Sequence record: MK327931.1
Reading direction: 5' to 3' (one strand)
Length of the DNA: 64,000 bases
Source of the DNA: Escherichia phage vB_EcoM_G17
The notes below the pieces were generated by a model, which worked only from the letters and a program-made list of their open reading frames with translations, was not told the origin of the DNA and did no database searches. This document shows, piece after piece, positions 8,876 through 17,247 of this stretch; the stretch's first letter is position 1; every line of letters begins with the position of its first letter. The position numbers were made by a program, and so were the translations under genes.

Positions 8876-9499
8876 TTAACCTTTTAATTTCTTGAAAAAA
8901 TCGTATATTTCAGAATCTAAATTATTTACTTTTTTAGATTCAGTGATTTTTTTAGAACTATTACAAGGTGATCCGTACTTACTCATCAGAGATTCAAATA
9001 CCGCTGTTGGGTATGCTTCTGGAGCACTAGGTTGAGCAACAATATCAATAGTGATAATTTCAAAATCAGAAACTATTCCATTATAATCAACGTTACCGGA
9101 ACCGCGAGAACTTACACCAAGTTTTACACCAGCCTCTAGCATTTTACGGATATTCTGACCATGTGCAGTATCAAGTAGTTTGATTTCTGCCATACCATTA
9201 GCACCTTCCATCCAAACCTTAGTAATCATTGCTGCTACACGGTCTAGGTTAATAGTTAGTGTTTCTGGATGGTCACATTCAACAAGAATGCTTTCACCTT
9301 TAGCTAAACGCTGGTTCATGTTATTTACTGCCCTTGTAATTTCAGATAAAGGGTAAATTCTCTCGTTCAAATTTCGTTGGTCGGCTTGAATAGCAATACC
9401 ACGAAGATAGCAGTCACGCCCACCAAATCCATTATCACGATGTTCCAAAACAACTTTAGAATCATTGAATGAAGACCATTCACGAATCATACTACTCAT
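8876..9499 (-). CDS. Prohead core protease (T4 gp21-like)
   Basis: 207-aa ORF; pattern RNLNERIYPLSEITRAVNN...ILVECDHPE...GVSSRGSG parallels gp21 (RNKRLYPKRIL...LNHP...GVSSRGLGS); position between core proteins and scaffold; AAGGAGA RBS. Confidence 0.8.
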   Translation of the reverse strand: MSSMIREWSSFNDSKVVLEHRDNGFGGRDCYLRGIAIQADQRNLNERIYPLSEITRAVNNMNQRLAKGESILVECDHPETLTINLDRVAAMITKVWMEGANGMAEIKLLDTAHGQNIRKMLEAGVKLGVSSRGSGNVDYNGIVSDFEIITIDIVAQPSAPEAYPTAVFESLMSKYGSPCNSSKKITESKKVNNLDSEIYDFFKKLKG

Positions 9500-9519
9500 A
9501 ATGATCTCCTTTCAGATAT

Positions 9520-10368
9520 TTATTTTAGTTTAGGTTGTGCTTTGCTTAGTGGTGATTTAGAATTAGATGCAGTAGTTTTTGGTGCTTTAACATCTTTCAT
9601 TTCACCGCGAGCATTTTTACCAAGATCTAGGCTATCTTTTGGTAGAACAGATTTATCATCTAGGTCTAGTAGTGGGGCTTGGTCAGTTTTCTTAGCGAAT
9701 TTAACTGGCTCTGCTCCTGCTACTGGAGATTTAGCTTCTGGTGCTACTGGAGATTTGGAATGAGTGCCAGCTTTTTCTTTCTTATCAACTGGAGCAACTT
9801 TTTCTAGTTTGAAGGATTCACCGAATTTTTCATCGCCGAATTCAACATCAGCAAATTCGTCGTCACCGTCAACACCAACTTCTTCTTCGCTATCTTCTAC
9901 TTCTTCTTCAGAATCTAGATCAACTTCACCGTCACCGATTTCATCAAACATTTGTTGTAGGCCACGGAAAGCATCTTGGATTGATTCCCATTGGTCTTCG
10001 GAAGGAACATCAGCATCAGCTTTCACTTCAACGTCAACATCGTCTTCACCGTCACCATCTGCATCAGCAGAGAATTCAACTTCTTCTTCTGCACTTTCAT
10101 CTTCTTCACCAAGGGTGTATTCGATTTCAGCATTTAGACCTTCGTCTGGTTGTACATCAAAATCTTCGTCAAGCTTTTCTTCATCTTTGACTTTAACTTC
10201 GACTTCACAATCTTCATCGTCGTCTTCATCTTCCATGCTTTCTTCTAGTTGTTTGTTAATTTCTTGAGCTTGCTCAACGAAATACTTACGCATTTTTTTA
10301 TCAGCAATATCTTGTTCGCCATTTGCAAACGCCGCAATTGCTTCTTGTAGTAGTTTTAAATTCGCCAT
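9520..10368 (-). CDS. Acidic prohead core / internal protein (gp68-position), with basic Lys/Pro-rich C-terminal tail
   Basis: ORF track 9520..10380; ATG at 10366-10368 preceded by GGAGG (6 nt). Long Asp/Glu runs then KSPVAPEAKSPVAG...KAPKTTASNSKSPLSKAQPKLK tail. Occupies the gp67/gp68 position between portal and protease. Confidence 0.55.
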   Translation of the reverse strand: MANLKLLQEAIAAFANGEQDIADKKMRKYFVEQAQEINKQLEESMEDEDDDEDCEVEVKVKDEEKLDEDFDVQPDEGLNAEIEYTLGEEDESAEEEVEFSADADGDGEDDVDVEVKADADVPSEDQWESIQDAFRGLQQMFDEIGDGEVDLDSEEEVEDSEEEVGVDGDDEFADVEFGDEKFGESFKLEKVAPVDKKEKAGTHSKSPVAPEAKSPVAGAEPVKFAKKTDQAPLLDLDDKSVLPKDSLDLGKNARGEMKDVKAPKTTASNSKSPLSKAQPKLK

Positions 10369-10469
10369 TATATCCTCCATAGATATATTACATTCGTATA
10401 AAGTATGATATTATTTAGTACTGAATAAAATCGCCTTTTTTAAAAGCTTTAAAAAGTGCGATTTTCGGT

Positions 10470-10697
10470 TTACATTAACCCAGAACCGTCACCTGTTGGT
10501 GCAGCGGCATAAACAACTGCAACCACATTTTTGCGGCGTTGTTCTTCATGTGCTTTAAATTCACGGTACTTTCTTAAGTTGTTTAATACTTGTAATGTTA
10601 GTTTCGGTTTTCTGGAATCAGTAATTTTATATACGTTCTGATCATCTTCAGGGTCGTACATTGAATCACTGCTAGATTCAAAGATGTCCTTTAACAT
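10470..10697 (-). CDS. Small protein in gp67 position (putative prohead core protein)
   Basis: 75-aa ORF with AAGGAG RBS directly downstream of portal gene; assignment by position only. Confidence 0.4.
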   Translation of the reverse strand: MLKDIFESSSDSMYDPEDDQNVYKITDSRKPKLTLQVLNNLRKYREFKAHEEQRRKNVVAVVYAAAPTGDGSGLM

Positions 10698-10723
10698 TTG
10701 ATCTCCTTGAAATATGCATTATA

Positions 10724-10749
10724 AATGAGGGTAAAAATAAACCCTCATT
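10724..10749 (-). other. Stable hairpin downstream of portal gene (possible weak terminator or processing site)
   Basis: 9-bp inverted repeat aatgagggt/accctcatt (10724-10732 / 10741-10749); not followed by a clean T-run on the minus strand, TATAAT hexamer immediately downstream. Confidence 0.35.
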
Positions 10750-10770
10750 CTTATACATTGTTATTTATGT

Positions 10771-12510
10771 TTAAAAAGAATTGCCTAAATTATTAGGGTC
10801 GAAACCACCACTTCCACTCTGTTGCTCTTGGTATTCGGCATCAGCACTTTCCAAATTACCTTCTCCATCAATACCAAGATCCATTCCAGGATCATTTGGA
10901 GCATCAATACCAACAGACTGCAATCCTGCGGAATCTTCTTCACCACCAGAAGGTTGGGAACCATCTTGTGGATTCTCTTGTAACCACATTTGTTCATTCT
11001 TAACAATATCAGCTTTAGAAAAGCCCATTTTTTCAAGAATTGTTTGTTTTGCCATATAAGGCAAGTCATTAAGAGGAAGATATGTATTAATTAGTTTAGC
11101 ATCTAGTTCAGCTTTACGATAAGAAGCTAAGTTAATAGGTGGATTCATAATAACTTCAAAAGATGAAGTACTAATGTTATATCCATTTTTAACCATAAAT
11201 CTTTTGAATTCAGCATCAAAATGTTTTGCAACTAAACGTTGATAACGCATACATTGATTATTGAATCGCAATTCACTTGCCATAGCTTGTGTAGCACCAT
11301 CACCAAATAATGAAACACCACCATCATCTGGACCTTGTGGTAGATATGAAGCTGGTATTTGAAGACCACGAATCAATTTATTATTGAAATAACGTAAGTC
11401 ATCAATTTGTCCTAAGTTATCACCGCCTGGTAATGTTTGAACATCTGAACCACGACCTTCAGAAGTTTGTGGGAAAAAGTAGTCTTCTAAAATGCTTAAT
11501 GGATTATACGCTGCATCCATTAGTGAAGTACTTCCACCTTTGTTTGAAGGTATTCTACGCTGGTGGATTTCATTTTTAAATCTTTCAACATAAGCCATCG
11601 CTTGGTGTGCTTGCATATCACCAACATCAATTTTAAATACACGACGCTCAGGTGCACGTTGTACACGATAAATTATGATACTATCTTCCAGAAGTTCTTT
11701 TTGCTTATAGACTTTAAATACGTCCTCAAGTATACTAGTACCAAAAGGCCATACCCCATCTTGTCCTGTATTTAGTGTTAGATGAATTACGTGTTCTGCA
11801 CCAACAGGAATAACGTCTAATTGACCGTTAGTACTGAATGGGTCAGCCGTATTTCCTTGACTTGTAAAACCAGATGCACCACCAGCAGCTACTGAACCAC
11901 CACCACCCATTGTTGTTGGAATAGCTCCTGGATAAGCGGTTTTATCAAATCCTACTTGAAGGTTACTAAAAACTTTATCTTTCAAATTTAATGATACGTC
12001 ACGTATATAATAAATTACTGGTGTTTTACCAGTGGCTTCGTTAACAAATACTTGCTCAACATTTTTGGGACTTACCCAATACCAATCGAATGTTTCTGGA
12101 TCTCGAATGAAAAATTGATCACCATATTTCAGAAGACCACGCACAATTTCATACATTCGTGTTTTAAAATCATTTTGTTCAGTCCATGCATCTAAACGAT
12201 CTTCAATAGTCGTTACTTCAGTATCACCAATATCATCTTTATATTTGATTTTATATGGTAAACCAAAATCTTCAGTACTTTGAGTACAAAAGTCAGCAAT
12301 TATATTCAATGCAGTTCTAATTTCAGGATCTTGGTCCATTTGCTCATACTGACTATAACGCTCAGTACGATTTGCCAATCCATTATATACAACAGGAAGA
12401 TAGGAAGCGAAATTTGTTTTCGTTCCTGTTGATTTATTGCTATTACTGGACTGATTTGGGATGGTCGATAGTTTAGACCTTCCCACTGTCATATGTCGTT
12501 TCCAACTCAT
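10771..12510 (-). CDS. Portal vertex protein (T4 gp20-like)
   Basis: 579-aa ORF; block IIIYRVQRAPERRVFKIDVGDMQAHQAMAYVE matches gp20 block [31 protein letters not shown]; AAGGA RBS; position upstream of gp67/68/21/22/23 homologues. Confidence 0.85.
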   Translation of the reverse strand: MSWKRHMTVGRSKLSTIPNQSSNSNKSTGTKTNFASYLPVVYNGLANRTERYSQYEQMDQDPEIRTALNIIADFCTQSTEDFGLPYKIKYKDDIGDTEVTTIEDRLDAWTEQNDFKTRMYEIVRGLLKYGDQFFIRDPETFDWYWVSPKNVEQVFVNEATGKTPVIYYIRDVSLNLKDKVFSNLQVGFDKTAYPGAIPTTMGGGGSVAAGGASGFTSQGNTADPFSTNGQLDVIPVGAEHVIHLTLNTGQDGVWPFGTSILEDVFKVYKQKELLEDSIIIYRVQRAPERRVFKIDVGDMQAHQAMAYVERFKNEIHQRRIPSNKGGSTSLMDAAYNPLSILEDYFFPQTSEGRGSDVQTLPGGDNLGQIDDLRYFNNKLIRGLQIPASYLPQGPDDGGVSLFGDGATQAMASELRFNNQCMRYQRLVAKHFDAEFKRFMVKNGYNISTSSFEVIMNPPINLASYRKAELDAKLINTYLPLNDLPYMAKQTILEKMGFSKADIVKNEQMWLQENPQDGSQPSGGEEDSAGLQSVGIDAPNDPGMDLGIDGEGNLESADAEYQEQQSGSGGFDPNNLGNSF

Positions 12511-12521
12511 TATTTTCGTCC

Positions 12522-14726
12522 TTAACTGTTTCTCTCACCTTGAGTGTTTTCAGAGATAGTTCTTAGATAGTTATTTGTCTGTTGCACAGCAGATAGAGAT
12601 TGCTCATTAACATCAGCAAGTTTTTTAAGTAACTCTTTCATGTCTTCTGATATTGTGGCATTATTATTAGCATTTGCCATACTACTACCACTATTTATCA
12701 TCGCTTTCATGGACTCATAATCGTCCGGTTCAGCTTGAATTGGTAGATCATTTGGTCCCCATGCTGATTTGTCAAATGTTTTTGGAGTTATCGTTACATA
12801 TGGTGCAACATGTTCAGATTTTTCAATTCTCGCAGTAGCTCTTGGCTTATTTTCAAGACCACTACTAATAAGTTTTTCAGCAACTGATTCATCAAGGGGT
12901 TTTGGTTGTTTAAAGTTTCTACTTGAATTCCATTTTAAAAAACCATCAAATGAACTAGAAATATAATCACCAAATGAATTCATTTTTTCTTCAAAATAAT
13001 TATTAACTTTTTCTGCACCATCGGTAACAGAATTGTTTTCTACTTTTACTTTGTCGTCTGAACCACCAAACCAACCTTTAACAGAATCCCAAAGTTTACC
13101 AGGAAGATCCATTAGGTTATTCATAAAGCTATCAAATGCTTCTGAAACTTTATTATATCCACTACCAAAAATTTCAGTACCTAACCCTTCTAACCACTGC
13201 TCAAACTCACCACCAATCCTATCCAAATACGCAACTGCATCTTTCGCAATAGGAACCAAACCAAAACCATCAAGTGCTAACTCTCCGATAAATTCCCATG
13301 CACCATCAGTACGGTCTGCAATATCAGTAAGGTAATCCGCAATAGAATTTTGTGTATCTGCATACATTTTATTAAATGGTTCAGTAAATTCTTTACTAAT
13401 CCATCTATTGAATCTATCCGTGAATTGTGTTAGTTTATCTGCTGGTTGACTCTTAGGATCATTAATCGCAGCTTCCATATCAAGTAGCTGTTGGTTGAAG
13501 GTTGCTGCTGTAGTGTTTCCTAATTGTATCTGATTTAATAAATCTTGCTTTATTAGTTCTTTGTTCTTTTTAACAAATTCCAATTGTTGACGGCGAATTT
13601 CTTGTGAATCAGTAACACCACTACGTACCAAGTTCTCACCTAAATCAGCAAATTGGTTCAGTACTGGAGTCAATAAATCATCTGGTACTCCACCAATAGT
13701 TAAACGATGTGAAATTAAACGTAGAAAATCTGCACCAGCATCACCCATACTGGCAGCCGCTTCGTTAAATGCTTTTGATGTTGCAACTGCTGCTTTACTA
13801 GATAATCCAGAATAGTTTTGTAATGCGATTTGCATTGAACGTGTGTCTAATGATTTATCTAAGTTTTGTGTTTTATTTAATAGTGCATCAACTGACTCAC
13901 CCATGCTTTTACTGAACTTAGTCATGCTCATGATAAACTGTTCAGTACTTTTTGCTTGATCCATACTACGTAACATTTCTCTTCCACCAAATTGCTTTTG
14001 GAATTTAATATTACGTGCAGTTAAATCAGTTAATGTTTTTTGTGAAACACCATATAAACCTAATTGATTTTGTGCTTGTTGCACAGTACCCAATAATTTA
14101 CCAAATGTAGAAACACCATCACCATATGCACCATCTAATTGTGCAACAACGGCACTATGAGTTTGTAATGCTTCACCAAATGCATCAATACTCATCATTG
14201 ATGCACCAGCACCTTTTAATATGGAGCCGTAACCTTCAGATAGAGCGACACCAGCACTGTTTATTCTATTATAAACTTCAAGCTGTGCATTTAACACATT
14301 ATAAACTGCTAAACCAGCGTCAGCAACCAATTTGAAGGCAGATGCTGCTGCACCAACTGGACCTGGGATCATTGCTAATGAACCAGCAAATGAAGATGCA
14401 CTCATTCCTAGTGAGTTTACAACATTGCTAACGTTTGCAGACGTACTCATCATAGTTTTGCCGACATTCGATACTTCAGATGATAATGATTTAAATATTT
14501 TTCCAAATTCTTTACCATCATCAGCTTTGTTATTTGTTCGAGAGCCACGGTTTCCAGTACTTGATGAATTACTTCCATTACGTTTTCCACTTTTAGAACC
14601 GGATTTCTTTCTATCATTTTTTATATTTTCAGCCAATAACTCACGTATAGCACTCAAACTATCGTTGTTATCTTTAGTTTGATTAACCAACTGCTGGAGT
14701 AGGTAATCACTTGTATTTCCAGCCAT
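12522..14726 (-). CDS. Large virion protein, tape-measure-like or internal/ejection protein (tentative)
   Basis: 734-aa ORF; basic Ser/Gly/Asn-rich low-complexity segment, hydrophobic Ala/Gly-rich segment (SLAMIPGPVGAAASAFKLVADAGLAVYNV), long helical regions; AAGGGAA RBS. No firm homology. Confidence 0.4.
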   Translation of the reverse strand: MAGNTSDYLLQQLVNQTKDNNDSLSAIRELLAENIKNDRKKSGSKSGKRNGSNSSSTGNRGSRTNNKADDGKEFGKIFKSLSSEVSNVGKTMMSTSANVSNVVNSLGMSASSFAGSLAMIPGPVGAAASAFKLVADAGLAVYNVLNAQLEVYNRINSAGVALSEGYGSILKGAGASMMSIDAFGEALQTHSAVVAQLDGAYGDGVSTFGKLLGTVQQAQNQLGLYGVSQKTLTDLTARNIKFQKQFGGREMLRSMDQAKSTEQFIMSMTKFSKSMGESVDALLNKTQNLDKSLDTRSMQIALQNYSGLSSKAAVATSKAFNEAAASMGDAGADFLRLISHRLTIGGVPDDLLTPVLNQFADLGENLVRSGVTDSQEIRRQQLEFVKKNKELIKQDLLNQIQLGNTTAATFNQQLLDMEAAINDPKSQPADKLTQFTDRFNRWISKEFTEPFNKMYADTQNSIADYLTDIADRTDGAWEFIGELALDGFGLVPIAKDAVAYLDRIGGEFEQWLEGLGTEIFGSGYNKVSEAFDSFMNNLMDLPGKLWDSVKGWFGGSDDKVKVENNSVTDGAEKVNNYFEEKMNSFGDYISSSFDGFLKWNSSRNFKQPKPLDESVAEKLISSGLENKPRATARIEKSEHVAPYVTITPKTFDKSAWGPNDLPIQAEPDDYESMKAMINSGSSMANANNNATISEDMKELLKKLADVNEQSLSAVQQTNNYLRTISENTQGERNS

Positions 14727-14814
14727 AACATTCCCTTTTAATAGATGTATTATAGAAATATTTATGAAACTATAGAGAATATAAAAATTAGTTTAATTTA
14801 ATCTTTTTTGGTCT

Positions 14815-14822
14815 TATAAATA
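14815..14822 (+). promoter_or_regulatory. T4-type late promoter box TATAAATA
   Basis: Exact tataaata at 14815-14822, ~35 nt upstream of ATG 14857. Confidence 0.55.
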
Positions 14823-14856
14823 CTAAAACACATTTATTACATGGAGATTTAATAAA

Positions 14857-15693
14857 ATGGCTATGAATCCACTTGCTAAGTACACTAAAATTGAAGAGAT
14901 CAGTACTAAGTTAGTTACAAACGGCGTTATTCCTTATAAAGAAGGAGTTCTAGGTCCAAAAGGTGTCAAATGTGGAGTTTGTGCACGTAGTGCACGTGAT
15001 GAAATGACACTTAATACCCCCGATATGTTACTAAACGGAGATGCAGTATCCCGTGTTATTGAAAACTGTGTTCCTAATGTAATTGACGCTGATGAGTTGT
15101 ATGTAAATGACGTTGAAATGCTTCTTATTGCTATTAAAGTTGCTTCCAAAGAAGAAACATATGATATTAACGTTGTATGTCCTGAATGTGAAAAAGAAGG
15201 TCGATTTGAGCGTAATCTATCATATCTTCTTGAAACTGCACAAGCATTTGAAGAAATCCCATCAATTGATTTAGATAATGGACTCCGTTTAGAATTTAGA
15301 CCACTGACATGGAAAGAATATTCATCGTTTGCTGAACGCATGTTCAGTGAGCAGCAGAAGACTAAGTTTCTTGAAACTGCTGATATTGATAAAGATGAAA
15401 AAGTAAAAATATTTTCTGAAGTATTTGAAAACATGGCTCAACTTAACTTCGACATGATCGGTGGAGTTATTGCAAAAATTATAACACCAGATGGTGATGA
15501 AGTAGTTGAAAAAGAATTTATTAATGAATGGCTTGGACAACAATCGAAGGGAGTACTTAAACTAATTCGTGAAAAAATGGATGAAGTACTTGAAATTGGA
15601 GTATCACATAGTATGGAAGTAGAATGTGATGGATGTAATCATCAATGGGAAATTGATGGACTAAAATATGATCCTAGTCATTTTTTCGAGTAA
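14857..15693 (+). CDS. Hypothetical protein with three CxxC pairs (zinc-ribbon-like); possibly a baseplate hub assembly component
   Basis: 278-aa ORF, GGAG RBS; CxxC pairs KCGVCA, VCPECE, ECDGCN. Late promoter upstream. Functional assignment uncertain. Confidence 0.45.
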   Translation: MAMNPLAKYTKIEEISTKLVTNGVIPYKEGVLGPKGVKCGVCARSARDEMTLNTPDMLLNGDAVSRVIENCVPNVIDADELYVNDVEMLLIAIKVASKEETYDINVVCPECEKEGRFERNLSYLLETAQAFEEIPSIDLDNGLRLEFRPLTWKEYSSFAERMFSEQQKTKFLETADIDKDEKVKIFSEVFENMAQLNFDMIGGVIAKIITPDGDEVVEKEFINEWLGQQSKGVLKLIREKMDEVLEIGVSHSMEVECDGCNHQWEIDGLKYDPSHFFE

Positions 15694-15902
15694 TGCTTCT
15701 CCAGTCATCTCCTGAAGAAATACAAGAAGTACTGAAGGAGATAGAACTGAATAAGTCAGAAATCAAAAATGCACTAATGGAATGTTCTGTATATATGGAT
15801 AACATTGACTATGGAACACTCCTTAATATGCCATTAATAGATAGAGACTTATTAGTTAAGTCTTTTAATAAAAAAATTAAAAAACAAAACGAGAAGCACT
15901 AA
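15693..15902 (+). CDS. Small hypothetical protein, translationally coupled to upstream gene
   Basis: 69-aa ORF whose ATG overlaps the preceding stop (TAATG). Confidence 0.4.
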   Translation: MLLQSSPEEIQEVLKEIELNKSEIKNALMECSVYMDNIDYGTLLNMPLIDRDLLVKSFNKKIKKQNEKH

Positions 15903-16737
15903 TTTTCATATAGCCAGCACATTGTTGCTGGTTTTTTTGGTTTTAAACTACAGAATTATTTGAATTGAATTATGAAAGGATTAATTTTAATATTATTGGA
16001 TTCATCTAACTCATTTCATTCGTTAGCTGAAGAATATTCGTTACTACGTAACTCATATTCATTTAATTAAATTAATTATAAAGAACTTTAAAAGATTTAA
16101 TACTTGACGGGATTTGTTGAGGACATTTTCATCCCCCCGCAGGGGAATGAAGACAATAAAAAAGAGACAATGAAGTCTCTATTTCTTGACGCTGATGGTT
16201 TCAGCATTTATTGTATTGCGAATTTCTTAAAAATATATTAAGAACGAAAGCGGGTTGCTCTGTTTCTCTCTATCGCAGTCATGTGCAACGGTCGTCAGTC
16301 TTAATCATCCTGACACTCACCTGAAAGTCTATACAATCAAACTTCAGGCTGTTTATTAAAATCACTTAATAAACTCCCTTAGCAAATCTGGTAAGGTGCG
16401 ATCCTTATATGTCTATCGAGGAACTCTCTGTATGCTTATCGGAGTTCTTTATTGAGCCGCATTGCCGTGAGGGGTTCAAACTATGCCCACATCTAACGGG
16501 TTTCTTTTGCTCATCGCACTGTTGAACTGCTCATCTGCCATCTACATTTTCGATAGGATCAGGTTCTAATTTATATGCATTTCTGCATTCAACAGGATTG
16601 TCATTACTACAACAAACATTATAGCACAAACTTTAAAGTTGTCTCACTATTTTTATAAAAATATTCATTAAGTACTTAAAATATTGCAAATAACTAATCT
16701 ATAAATATTTTGATAACAAATAGTTTGGTGAGGAATT
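15903..16737. other. ORF-free ~0.83 kb intergenic region with multiple hairpins; candidate structured ncRNA, origin or regulatory region
   Basis: No ORF of 60 aa or more in any frame across 835 bp in an otherwise tightly packed genome; composition looks less AT-rich than flanks (by eye, not counted); hairpins at 16128-16151, 16163-16180, 16191-16205, 16320-16348; 12-nt palindrome aactttaaagtt near 16630. Confidence 0.4.
16700..16707 (+). promoter_or_regulatory. T4-type late promoter box TATAAATA upstream of endo VII-like gene
   Basis: Exact tataaata 16700-16707, ~30 nt upstream of ATG 16738. Confidence 0.55.
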
Positions 16738-17229
16738 ATGAAAAAAAGATTAAAAGATAGTAAGGATGCTGCAAACTATCGAAACGAATTACTAAAGAAA
16801 CAAAATGGAATAGATCCTATAATTAAAGAACCAATAACTAAACCAGTACTGGATCACTACCACTATGGTAACCAACATTGTAGACAAGTTCTTCAAAATG
16901 AAGTCAATGCTTGGGAAGGAAAGGTACAAAACAGCTTCAATCGATATATGAAGCACTTAACTGATAAACCATTATATGAGGTACTCAGAAATCTTGCTGA
17001 TTACTTAGAGCGTAATAACAGCATTCCTGACGATGAACAAGTTATACATCACACTGCACTAACTGTGGATGTTAATAAGTTTAAAAGGCTTCCAGCAACA
17101 CAGCAAAACGCGATTCTGGAAGGGTTAGGAGTTGTCCCTGGTAGTAACACTACTGCTCGTGTAAAGCAAGCCAGAAAGCTGATTAAGGACGGTAAATTAA
17201 ATATGGTTGATATAAAAAAAGGGAGCTAA
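16738..17229 (+). CDS. Endonuclease VII-like protein (T4 gp49 family), cysteine-less variant
   Basis: 163-aa ORF; VLDHYHY and VLQNEVNAWEGKVQNSF align to the endo VII catalytic region (HLDHDHE ... LLCNLCNAAEGQMKHKF) but the four zinc-ligand Cys positions are replaced; GGTGAGG RBS. Confidence 0.6.
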   Translation: MKKRLKDSKDAANYRNELLKKQNGIDPIIKEPITKPVLDHYHYGNQHCRQVLQNEVNAWEGKVQNSFNRYMKHLTDKPLYEVLRNLADYLERNNSIPDDEQVIHHTALTVDVNKFKRLPATQQNAILEGLGVVPGSNTTARVKQARKLIKDGKLNMVDIKKGS

Positions 17230-17247
17230 GGCTCCCTTTATCTTTAA

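Noticed and set aside
9542-10267. Plus-strand ORFs (9542..9763, 9764..10267, 9981..10190) with Ser/Thr-rich products
   Set aside because: Shadow ORFs antisense to the GAA/GAT-rich acidic core-protein gene; the compositional bias of the sense strand explains the open frames.
10781-11069. ORFs 10781..11059 (+) and 10785..11069 (-) overlapping the portal gene
   Set aside because: Alternate-frame or antisense ORFs within the well-supported portal coding sequence.
15903-16737. tRNA genes or a CRISPR array in the ORF-free region
   Set aside because: No direct-repeat/spacer periodicity; candidate T-loop-like strings (e.g. ggttcaaac) lack complementary flanking stems and acceptor-stem pairing, so no tRNA is supported by eye. 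A formal tRNAscan/Infernal run is still warranted.
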